From a virus (Duplodnaviria; Caudoviricetes), in IMG/VR virus record IMGVR_UViG_3300032216_001682, positions 1-33,619 of that record: a DNA stretch of 33,619 bases, one strand, 5' to 3'. The notes under the pieces are model-generated. The model saw only the letters and a program-made list of their open reading frames with translations. It ran no database searches and was not told the DNA's origin. Within the stretch, counting starts at the first letter, position 1. Each line of letters opens with the position of its first letter. The position numbers and the translations under genes are program-made. Positions 23,979 through 31,917 of this stretch are shown one piece after another.

Positions 23979-24317
23979 ATGGCAGTCTCAACCATTGGCG
24001 GCAATATCCTTGCCGCTGGCGTGTTTACCATCAGCATCGACGTGGCGTCTGTCGCGGCCAATATTTCGGCAGAGCAGACGTTTACCGCGCCAGGGGTTCT
24101 CCCTGGCGATATGGTGTTCGTGAACACGCCGTCCGTCGGCACCGCAACCTTGAACGCGGGCCTGGGCGTGACCGGCGCCCGCGTGACGGCGGCCAACACT
24201 ATCGGCCTGCGGTTTATGAACAGCACGGCCGGCGCGCTCGATCCATCGGCGGCGACTGCTTACACCGTTTTCGTGGTTCGCCCCGAAAGCGGCACGCTTA
24301 CGGGCTTCGCGCCCTAG
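23979..24317 (+). CDS. Putative capsid decoration / minor head protein
   Basis: Beta-rich A/T/V/G protein co-transcribed with coat up to a strong terminator. Confidence 0.6.
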   Translation: MAVSTIGGNILAAGVFTISIDVASVAANISAEQTFTAPGVLPGDMVFVNTPSVGTATLNAGLGVTGARVTAANTIGLRFMNSTAGALDPSAATAYTVFVVRPESGTLTGFAP

Positions 24318-24323
24318 TCGGCT

Positions 24324-24353
24324 GGGCGGGGGTTTCGGCCCCCGCTCTTTTTT
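24324..24353 (+). terminator. Intrinsic terminator after the capsid genes
   Basis: GGGCGGGGGT-ttcg-GCCCCCGCTC-TTTTTT. Confidence 0.9.
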
Positions 24354-24366
24354 CTTGGAGGATCAA

Positions 24367-24579
24367 ATGCCGTATATCGAATTTCCAAAAGCGCTCTATC
24401 TGCGCGGCTGGGACGATCTGGACGCCTGCGTCACGGTGCAGAATGCTGAGCAGGAGCAGGACGCCCGCGCACAGGGCTACAGGAGCCTTGCTGAGCCGCC
24501 TGTGGAGCTAGAGGCGGGTGAGGATACCCCGGACGCGCCCAAGCGCCGTGGGCGGCCGCCAAAGGCGGCTGAGGCGTGA
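24367..24579 (+). CDS. Small protein with a C-terminal AT-hook
   Basis: GGAGG SD; PKRRGRPPK. Confidence 0.75.
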   Translation: MPYIEFPKALYLRGWDDLDACVTVQNAEQEQDARAQGYRSLAEPPVELEAGEDTPDAPKRRGRPPKAAEA

Positions 24580-25304
24580 GCCTTCTTACGATTTGCCAGG
24601 CGGTGGCCGACGATATCGGCCTCGACGTGCGCCCGACTGTTGTGTTTGGTAATCCAGACGTTGACGCGCAGCGCATGCTGCGGATGGCTGGTCGGGTGTG
24701 TTCCGACCTTGCCACGCGCGCGCCATGGCAGGCGCTGCGGCGCGAGGTGACATTCACGACCGTGGCGGCCGAGGCGCAGCCTGGCGTTTTTCCGGCGGAC
24801 TTCCATCGCATGTCACCGGAAACGCTATGGGACCGGACCAACAACATTTTCATTTCGGGCCAGATGAGCCCGACCGAATACCAATCCCGCAGAAACTCGC
24901 CGCTAATGGCTGGTTATGCCGGACCGATGCGATGGTTCACGCGGCGTGATGATGCGCTGCTGATCTGGCCTGCGCCGCCGGCTGGCCTCACTGTCGCATT
25001 TGAATATCAGAGCGTGGCCTTCTGCCGCTCGGCCGCGGGTGTGGATCAGACGGCGTGGGCGGCTGACACCGATCTGTCCAATCTGTCGGAAGAGCTGGTG
25101 ACGCTGGGCCTGATTGCCCGGTTCCTTGAGGCGGACGGCCAGCCCTGGCAAGGGGCCAAGGCTGAGTTTGAAAAGCGCTTGACGCGCGAAATGCGGGCCG
25201 ACCGCAACGCGCCGCGCATCCTAATGGTGAGCGACATCTTTGGCGGATCGCGGCGCTTTAGCGGCGAGCCTGGACCGGATGGCAATATCGGGTACTACTA
25301 CTGA
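24576..25304 (+). CDS. Head-tail adaptor / tail tubular protein A-like
   Basis: MSLLTICQAVAD N-terminus, LIWPAP...VAFEY, and gene position. Confidence 0.7.
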   Translation: MSLLTICQAVADDIGLDVRPTVVFGNPDVDAQRMLRMAGRVCSDLATRAPWQALRREVTFTTVAAEAQPGVFPADFHRMSPETLWDRTNNIFISGQMSPTEYQSRRNSPLMAGYAGPMRWFTRRDDALLIWPAPPAGLTVAFEYQSVAFCRSAAGVDQTAWAADTDLSNLSEELVTLGLIARFLEADGQPWQGAKAEFEKRLTREMRADRNAPRILMVSDIFGGSRRFSGEPGPDGNIGYYY

Positions 25305-26812
25305 TGGCGGACGTTCGCGCGGCTTCTCTGCCGGCCCCTGTTGGTGGGTGGGACGTTCTCAACGCCATTGCGGACATGCCGGCGCAGAATGCCGTGCGTT
25401 TGGATAACTGGTTCTGCGAGCCTGACCGGGTGGAGACGCGCGGGGGTTACACCAGCCACGTCACAGGCTTTACCGACACGGTGGACACGCTTTTCGCATA
25501 TCGGCCGCCGAATGGTGGCGATAGGCTGGCGGCGGCGGCCGGTGGGTCGATCTTTGATGCCACCACAGCGGGGACTGTTGGGACGGCCATAGCCGTGGGC
25601 TTCACCTCGGCGCGCTGGCAATATGTGCAGGTGACGACTGCCGGCGGTCATTTCATTCTAGCGGTGAACGGCTCTGACGCGCCAATCCTTTATAATGGCA
25701 GCGTGGTGACTGCGGCCTCGATCACCGGCCCGACACCGGCCAACCTCGCATGGATCAGCCTGCACCAGAGGCGGGTGTGGACCGGCGAGCGCAACTCGCT
25801 TGTGGCCTGGTATCTGGCACCCAACGCAATTGCGGGCGCTGCTACGCGGTTTGACCTGACGAGCGTGGCGACCTTGGGCGGCTCGATCTCGACGATGGCC
25901 ACCTGGTCGCGCGACGGTGGCGCGGGCGCTGATGACACGGCTGTGTTTATCACCAGCGAGGGTGAGGCGCTGATTTACGCCGGCACTGACCCGAGCAGCG
26001 CCAGCACCTGGGGCCTGCAGGGTGTGTTCCGCATTGGCCGGCCGCTGGGGCGGCGCTGTGTGGTGAAATTTGGCGCTGACCTCTGCGTGTTCACGGAAGA
26101 CGGCATCATCCTGTTGTCGCAGATTTTGCCAGTGGACGCAGCGCAGCGCAGCGCGGCAGCGGTATCCCGCCAGATCAATGCAGCGGTGACGGCGGCGGCG
26201 CGGGAATACGGCAGTTCGTTTGGCTGGGAGCCTTTCCTGTATCCGGCGCGCAACATGGCGATCTTTAATGTGCCGACCGCTTATGGAGCGTTTGACCAGT
26301 TCGCCTTCAACACAATCACGCGCGGGCCTTCGCGCTTTACTGGCGTGCCGGCGCGCTGCTGGGGGCTTATCGGCGGCCTGCCGTATTTCGGCTCTACCAA
26401 TAGCGTCTGCCTGTTTGACAACGGCTCTACCGATAACGGGGCCACGATTAACGCGGTTGCGATCCAGGCGCCCAATGCGTTCGGATCGCGGCCTCAAAAG
26501 AAAATGTTTCGCCGGGTGCAGCCGATCCTGCGCGCGGCCGGTGCGCCATCGTTTGGCGTGGATATTGCGCTGGATTACCGCACCTTTGCGGCGTTGCCTG
26601 CGGTGGTCGGTTCCGATGCTGGAGACATATTGTGGGACAGTGCGCGCTGGGATAGCGCGACCTGGCTGGAACTGATCCTGATCGACGAAATGCGCGGCGT
26701 GCGTGGCATTGGGCGAACTGGCGCCGTGCGCTTGGTAGTGGAAACGGGAGCAGCCGGCCGGGTGGCCTGGGTGGGCACCAATGTCCTTTATGTGCCGGGC
26801 GGGCTGCTGTGA
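25304..26812 (+). CDS. Tail hub/nozzle (packaged-DNA stabilisation gp10-like)
   Basis: LPAPVGGW...AVRLDNWF N-terminus, beta-propeller-like composition and WDSARWD motif. Confidence 0.75.
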   Translation: MADVRAASLPAPVGGWDVLNAIADMPAQNAVRLDNWFCEPDRVETRGGYTSHVTGFTDTVDTLFAYRPPNGGDRLAAAAGGSIFDATTAGTVGTAIAVGFTSARWQYVQVTTAGGHFILAVNGSDAPILYNGSVVTAASITGPTPANLAWISLHQRRVWTGERNSLVAWYLAPNAIAGAATRFDLTSVATLGGSISTMATWSRDGGAGADDTAVFITSEGEALIYAGTDPSSASTWGLQGVFRIGRPLGRRCVVKFGADLCVFTEDGIILLSQILPVDAAQRSAAAVSRQINAAVTAAAREYGSSFGWEPFLYPARNMAIFNVPTAYGAFDQFAFNTITRGPSRFTGVPARCWGLIGGLPYFGSTNSVCLFDNGSTDNGATINAVAIQAPNAFGSRPQKKMFRRVQPILRAAGAPSFGVDIALDYRTFAALPAVVGSDAGDILWDSARWDSATWLELILIDEMRGVRGIGRTGAVRLVVETGAAGRVAWVGTNVLYVPGGLL

Positions 26813-27240
26813 CGCTGGTTTATGGTCAAAGCCGGGCGGTGGCCGAGTGGGTGGCCGCTCAAATGCCGCACATTATGGACCCGCCGGCCGACTGCGCCGC
26901 CATCGGTGTGGCGCGCGATGGGGTGCTGATCGCGGGCGTGGTCTACCATAACTACTTTCCTGCCTATGCGGGCATTGAGATGAGCATAGCCGCGACCTCG
27001 CCGCGCTGGGCAACGCGCGGCGTTATTCGTGAGCTGCTGGCCTATCCTTTTGTGCAGCTGGGTTGCCGCTGGGTGGTGGCGAGCGTGGAGCATAGCAACA
27101 CACGCGCGCTGCGGTTCAACAAAGGGATCGGCTTTGTCCAGCGAGGCATTATGCCTGATTTTTATGCGCCGAAAAGGCACTGCGTCCTGATGTCATTGCC
27201 GGCGCGTGGCTTCGCGCGGCTGTTTAAAAAGGCCGGATAA
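26809..27240 (+). CDS. GNAT-fold protein of the podovirus tail/ejection module
   Basis: AYPFVQLGC...NTRALRFNKGIGFVQRG; lies between the nozzle and ejection genes. Confidence 0.8.
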   Translation: MTLVYGQSRAVAEWVAAQMPHIMDPPADCAAIGVARDGVLIAGVVYHNYFPAYAGIEMSIAATSPRWATRGVIRELLAYPFVQLGCRWVVASVEHSNTRALRFNKGIGFVQRGIMPDFYAPKRHCVLMSLPARGFARLFKKAG

Positions 27241-29627
27241 TGAGCAAGAAATCGCCATCGCCGCCGCCCGCACCCGATCCCGTCGCCACGGCGCAGGCGC
27301 AGGGCCAGGTCAATGCTGAGACCGCCCGGCTACAGGGGCGCATGAACAGGCTGGATCAGGTCACGCCCTACGGCAATGTCACCTATGACGACATCGGCAA
27401 CGACCGCGCCCGCGTCACGACGACGCTAGCCCCGGCGCAGCAGCGCCAGCTTGAACTGACAAATCAGGCGCAGGAGCTTTATGGCACGGCGGCAGTGTCG
27501 CAGCTTGGCCAGGTGCAGAATGCCCTATCTCAGCCGTTCCAGTATCAGGGGCCGGGCGTGCAAACGCTCGTGGCTGATCGCGCTGGTGGGCTCTTCTATA
27601 ATCTTCCTGGCACTTATGAGAACGATCTTCGGCGCAGCGTTACCGACCGCACTGGCCAGGTTCAGCAGAGCGTGCAGGACCGCAACGGCCAGCTCCAGCA
27701 AAGCGTCACCGACCGTACTGGCCAGTTGCAGCAAGGGGTGCAGGACCGAACGGGCGGCCTAAACTATGCCATCCCTGGCCAATACGAGGGCCAGCTGCAA
27801 ACCAGCGTCATGGACCGCAATGGCCAATTGCAACGGGGCGTTTCTGATCGCACGGGCCAACTTCAACAGGGCATCATAGACCGGAATGGTCAGTTACAGC
27901 AGAATGTGACAGACCGTACTGGCCAATTGCAGCAAAGCGTGCAGGACCGCACAGGCCAATTGCAGCTCAGCGTACAGGATCGCACCGGCGACGTTCAACG
28001 CGGGGTTATGGACCGCACTGGAGAACTGCAACGTAGCGTACAGGATCGCACCGGAGATGTCGCGCAACGAGCTGATTTTACTGGTGTTGGGGACGCAAAC
28101 CAAGCCCGCTCGGATGTAGAGGCGGCGCTTCTGGCGCGCATGAACCCCCAACTAGAAGCGCAACGTGCGGCACTTGAAGCGCGGTTAGTAAATCAGGGCA
28201 TTACGCCGGGCTCGCAAGCCTGGGAGACTGGTATGCGCGACTATGCGCAACAGGCCAATGATGCGCGCTATGGCGCCATTCTTAATGCTGGCCAAGAACA
28301 AAGCCGCATATTTAATTTGGGTTTTGGTCAGACTAATTTGAGAAACCAAGCGATTGCTCAAAATATGGCCAACGACCTACAGCGTGGGCAGTTTGCAAGT
28401 AACGCGACAGCACAACTAATGTCCAACGACTTGCAGCGTGGGCAGTTCGCAAACGAAGCGACAAACCAAATTATGTCGAATGATTTGCAGCGCGGTCAAT
28501 TTGCCAACAATGCGATTGGCCAAGCGGCGCAAATGGATCTAGCGCGGGCCGGGTTTCAAAATCAGGCGGCAGGCCAGGGTTCTGGTATGGACTTGGCTAA
28601 TGCGGCTTTCCGCAATCAAGCAGCGGGCCAAGCAACGCAAGCGGATTTGGCGCGAGCACAATTTGTAAATCAGGCCGCAGGCCAAGCGTCCGGCATGGAT
28701 TTGGCAAATGCACAGTTTGGCAATCAAGCGACGGCGCAAGCTACGCAAGCGGACCTAGCTCGGGCGCAATTTGGCAACCAGGCGGCCGGCCAGGGCCAGC
28801 AGATGTTCATGGACCGCGCAGGCTTTGGCAACCAGGCGCTGCAACAAGCCTACGGCATGGACATGGGCCGTGCTCAGTTTGTCAATCAAGCAGCCGGCCA
28901 GGCGTCCGCTCTTGACCTAGCGAACGCCGCCTTTCGCAACCAAACAACGGGTCAAGCAACACAATCCGATCTGGCGCGGGCTGGCTTTGGCAATCAGGCT
29001 GTGCAGCAACTATACGGTATGGACCTGGGCAACGCGCAGTTTGCGAACGACACAACGCAGCGCGCTGCCGACATGTACACGCAGCGCGCGCAGTTCAACA
29101 ATCAAGCGCAGCAGCAGGCGTATGGCATGGATATCGGCCGGGCGCAGCTGAACAACGCAGGCGTGCAACAGTCGCTGCAGCAGCAGCTCGCGCTGCGCGG
29201 CCAGCCAATCAACGAGGCCGCGGCGCTGCTGTCTGGCCAGCAGATACAGTATCCGCAGTTTCAGAATGTGCCGCAGGTTCAAATCCAGGCGCCGGATTAT
29301 CAGGGCATTGTGGCGCAGAATTATGCGGCGGCAAACTCGCAATACAACGCAGCCCTGCAGCGGCAGGGGGCCAATAATGCCGCGATTGGGCAGTTTGGCG
29401 GCCAAGCGTTGGGCGCGGCGGCGATGGCGTTCTCTGACCGCCGGTTGAAGCGCAACGCCGAGCGTATTGGCACCGGCTCTCACGGGCTGCCGATCTACCG
29501 ATATGAATACCTCTGGGGCGAGCCTGCCATTGGCTACATGGCCGACGATGTGGCGGCGGTGGCGCCGCATGCGGTCACGGTGGGCCCTGATGGGTTTGCG
29601 CAGGTCAATTATGGAGCGCTGGCATGA
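27240..29627 (+). CDS. Ejection/DNA-transfer protein with long repeat arrays and a C-terminal peptidase S74 chaperone domain
   Basis: MSKKSPSPPPAPDPVATAQAQ N-terminus, Q/N/A-rich repeats and FSDRRLKRN...YRYEY...GYMADDV. Confidence 0.8.
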   Translation: MSKKSPSPPPAPDPVATAQAQGQVNAETARLQGRMNRLDQVTPYGNVTYDDIGNDRARVTTTLAPAQQRQLELTNQAQELYGTAAVSQLGQVQNALSQPFQYQGPGVQTLVADRAGGLFYNLPGTYENDLRRSVTDRTGQVQQSVQDRNGQLQQSVTDRTGQLQQGVQDRTGGLNYAIPGQYEGQLQTSVMDRNGQLQRGVSDRTGQLQQGIIDRNGQLQQNVTDRTGQLQQSVQDRTGQLQLSVQDRTGDVQRGVMDRTGELQRSVQDRTGDVAQRADFTGVGDANQARSDVEAALLARMNPQLEAQRAALEARLVNQGITPGSQAWETGMRDYAQQANDARYGAILNAGQEQSRIFNLGFGQTNLRNQAIAQNMANDLQRGQFASNATAQLMSNDLQRGQFANEATNQIMSNDLQRGQFANNAIGQAAQMDLARAGFQNQAAGQGSGMDLANAAFRNQAAGQATQADLARAQFVNQAAGQASGMDLANAQFGNQATAQATQADLARAQFGNQAAGQGQQMFMDRAGFGNQALQQAYGMDMGRAQFVNQAAGQASALDLANAAFRNQTTGQATQSDLARAGFGNQAVQQLYGMDLGNAQFANDTTQRAADMYTQRAQFNNQAQQQAYGMDIGRAQLNNAGVQQSLQQQLALRGQPINEAAALLSGQQIQYPQFQNVPQVQIQAPDYQGIVAQNYAAANSQYNAALQRQGANNAAIGQFGGQALGAAAMAFSDRRLKRNAERIGTGSHGLPIYRYEYLWGEPAIGYMADDVAAVAPHAVTVGPDGFAQVNYGALA
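27576..28075 (+). repeat. About 13 coding DR(T/N)GQLQQSVx units (11-aa period, two 23-aa variants)
   Basis: Read from the translation. Confidence 0.9.
28371..29180 (+). repeat. 15 coding 18-aa units, consensus MDLARAQFxNQAAGQAxx
   Basis: Read from the translation; ungapped 54-bp period. Confidence 0.9.
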
Positions 29628-30004
29628 GCATGTCTTTCGGCGGTGGCGACCCCTATGGCGCGCTGGTGCAGGCTATGGCGCAGCGTCGCCAGCGGATGGC
29701 GCAGCAGGCCCCGCAGCAGCAGCCTATGCAGCCCATGGGCGGCACCATGGAGCTTCGGGTGCCGCAGATGCCGCAGATGAGCGGGGCGGCCTCTAACGGC
29801 GTTGGTGGCGCTATGGGCGGCATGTCGGCATCGTCCATGGCCGATATGCTCAAGCGCATGCGGGGCAACCCAGAGGATGGGCGCAGCTTTATGGAGCGGC
29901 TTGGCGGCGCAAGGCCGGACCTCGGCAGCCGCATGGGCGAATTTAAGGGCCAGCCTCTGCAAACCTATGACCTCGGGCAAGCGCCGACCGGGGGGCTCTA
30001 CTGA
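29624..30004 (+). CDS. Low-complexity M/G/Q-rich protein, possibly a minor virion protein
   Basis: Coupled to both neighbours; GGAG SD. Confidence 0.65.
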   Translation: MSMSFGGGDPYGALVQAMAQRRQRMAQQAPQQQPMQPMGGTMELRVPQMPQMSGAASNGVGGAMGGMSASSMADMLKRMRGNPEDGRSFMERLGGARPDLGSRMGEFKGQPLQTYDLGQAPTGGLY

Positions 30005-31917
30005 TGGCCGAAAACGACATCCTTGCGCAGCAGCTGCTTCAGCAATCGCGCCAGCAGGGGCGGCGGCAATCTGTATCGTCGCGCTTGGCCGAGCAGATGA
30101 TGGCCGGGCTGAACAACCCCACGCCGGTTTACAGCACAGGCGCCACGCTGGCGCGGGCTGGGTCTGGCTTGCTGGCCGGGCTACTGGCGGCGCGGGCCGA
30201 TACCCAAGAACAGCAGCGAGAAGAAGAGGATTTTAAGCGGGTCGCGCAATATCAGGATCAGGTGCGCACACGTGACATGAATGATCTGCGCGCGCTTGCG
30301 GGAGGGGCCGCTCAGCCGGCAGCGGCTCCGCCCATAACCATGCAGCCGCTATCGCCGCCGCAAGATGGGGGCGGCTCTAACCTTCCTCGCGGATATCGCA
30401 ACAACAACCCGCTTAACATCACTGACGCCCCGTTTACGCGCGAGCAGCCTGGGTATCAGGGCAGCGATGGCAGGTTTGGGCGCTTTGATACGATGGACAA
30501 CGGCATTGCGGCGGCTGACCGCTTGCTACAGTCATATGCTGGGCGTGGCCTGAACACGCCGCAAGCCATCATCAACCGCTGGGCGCCGGCTGGCGACGGC
30601 AATAACAATCCGGCCGCTTATGCCACGACAGTCGCGCGCGCGCTCAACGTTGAACCTAGCGCCGCGCTGGATATGAACGACCCCGCTGTAAGGCGCCGGC
30701 TTATTGACGCGATGGCGGTGGTGGAGAATGGGCGCCCGATGGCACCCGCCGGGACACAATACGCAGGCCGACCAACCGCGACAGATGCCGGCCCCGCCTC
30801 CAACGCGCCGCCGCCGAGCCCTGGCCCAGCATCCGCGCCCAGCGGCGCCCCGACCGCAGCCTACATTGCACAAGTCCAGGCTCTGGCGGCCGGCGGAAAC
30901 GCGGCGGCGACGCGCCTTTTGCCTGGGCTGCAATGGCAATATGAGCAGGCGCAACGTCGGCAGACTCCCAACCCGACTGTCGAAATCAACGGCCCGCAAG
31001 GCCCAGGCACTTATGAGCGCCGCCCGGATGGGACGCTGGCGTTTATCGGCGCCCGGATGCCGCCGCAGGAAGGGCCAAGCAGCAGCCGGGGGCCAATTCC
31101 CGAGGGCATGCGGCTCAATTCGGCTGGCACGTTGGAGGAAATCCCAGGATATCGGCAGCGCCCGCAACAGCCGGATGAGACTGAACGCCTATTGCGTGCG
31201 TCTGGCTACACGCCAGGCACACCAGAATATGAGGCTCAGGCCCGCAGGCTGTTGGAGCGGCGCGGGCAGCCGGCTCAAACAAACGTCAACGTCAGCCCGG
31301 AAACCTCGCTTATGCGGGCCGACAGCGACACGCTTAAGGCGATCAATGAAGGCCAGGGGCAGGCTCGATCTCTTATCAGCCTGCTTGACCGCACCGAGCG
31401 CGCCGTTCGCGCGGTGCCGGAAGGCCAGGCCGCCCGCTTCCTTCCGGCGGTGGGGCAAACGCTGGCTTCGTTTGGCGTGCAGGTGCCGGGCACGTCAGAG
31501 GCTGAAATCCTCAACGCGCTGACCGGGCAGCTTGCCGGCCTGCAGCGCATCCCGGGCAGCGGCGCGACGACTGATTACGAAATGCGCCTTTTCCTCCAGG
31601 CTGTGCCCCGCCTCGGCAATACCCGTGACGGCAACCTCGCGCTGCTGGACATGGGCCGCCGCTTGGCTCGCCGCCGCATTGAGGAGGCCGCCATCTGGCG
31701 CCGCCATGTGGGGCAGCCTGACCTGATGGAGCGGCTGGACGCGCTGCCGCCAGTCTTTGGCGACAGCGACATGGAGGTACTGATGAGCGGCCCTGCGGCC
31801 CGCGCCGCGCCTCCTCCTGCGCCGCCAAGGCCGCCCGGTATGATTGACCGCGCGCGCAACCGAGGCAATGCGAGCGGCACGCCACAACTGCCCCCCGGTT
31901 TTGAGGTGGTCCAATGA
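30004..31917 (+). CDS. Internal virion/ejection protein with a putative peptidoglycan-hydrolase domain
   Basis: Lysozyme-like module PRGYRNNNPLNI...FDTMDNGIAAA...IINRWAP...AMAVVENG; C-terminal LPPGFEVV. Confidence 0.75.
   Translation: MAENDILAQQLLQQSRQQGRRQSVSSRLAEQMMAGLNNPTPVYSTGATLARAGSGLLAGLLAARADTQEQQREEEDFKRVAQYQDQVRTRDMNDLRALAGGAAQPAAAPPITMQPLSPPQDGGGSNLPRGYRNNNPLNITDAPFTREQPGYQGSDGRFGRFDTMDNGIAAADRLLQSYAGRGLNTPQAIINRWAPAGDGNNNPAAYATTVARALNVEPSAALDMNDPAVRRRLIDAMAVVENGRPMAPAGTQYAGRPTATDAGPASNAPPPSPGPASAPSGAPTAAYIAQVQALAAGGNAAATRLLPGLQWQYEQAQRRQTPNPTVEINGPQGPGTYERRPDGTLAFIGARMPPQEGPSSSRGPIPEGMRLNSAGTLEEIPGYRQRPQQPDETERLLRASGYTPGTPEYEAQARRLLERRGQPAQTNVNVSPETSLMRADSDTLKAINEGQGQARSLISLLDRTERAVRAVPEGQAARFLPAVGQTLASFGVQVPGTSEAEILNALTGQLAGLQRIPGSGATTDYEMRLFLQAVPRLGNTRDGNLALLDMGRRLARRRIEEAAIWRRHVGQPDLMERLDALPPVFGDSDMEVLMSGPAARAAPPPAPPRPPGMIDRARNRGNASGTPQLPPGFEVVQ

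Noticed and set aside
23961-23981. Stop read-through fusing coat to the in-frame downstream protein via TAA-G8
   Set aside because: An in-frame arrangement has a one-in-three chance, UAA is rarely read through, and the G run can act as an SD.
27576-29180. CRISPR-like array
   Set aside because: The repeats are degenerate, codon-phased and lack unique spacers. No cas genes are present.
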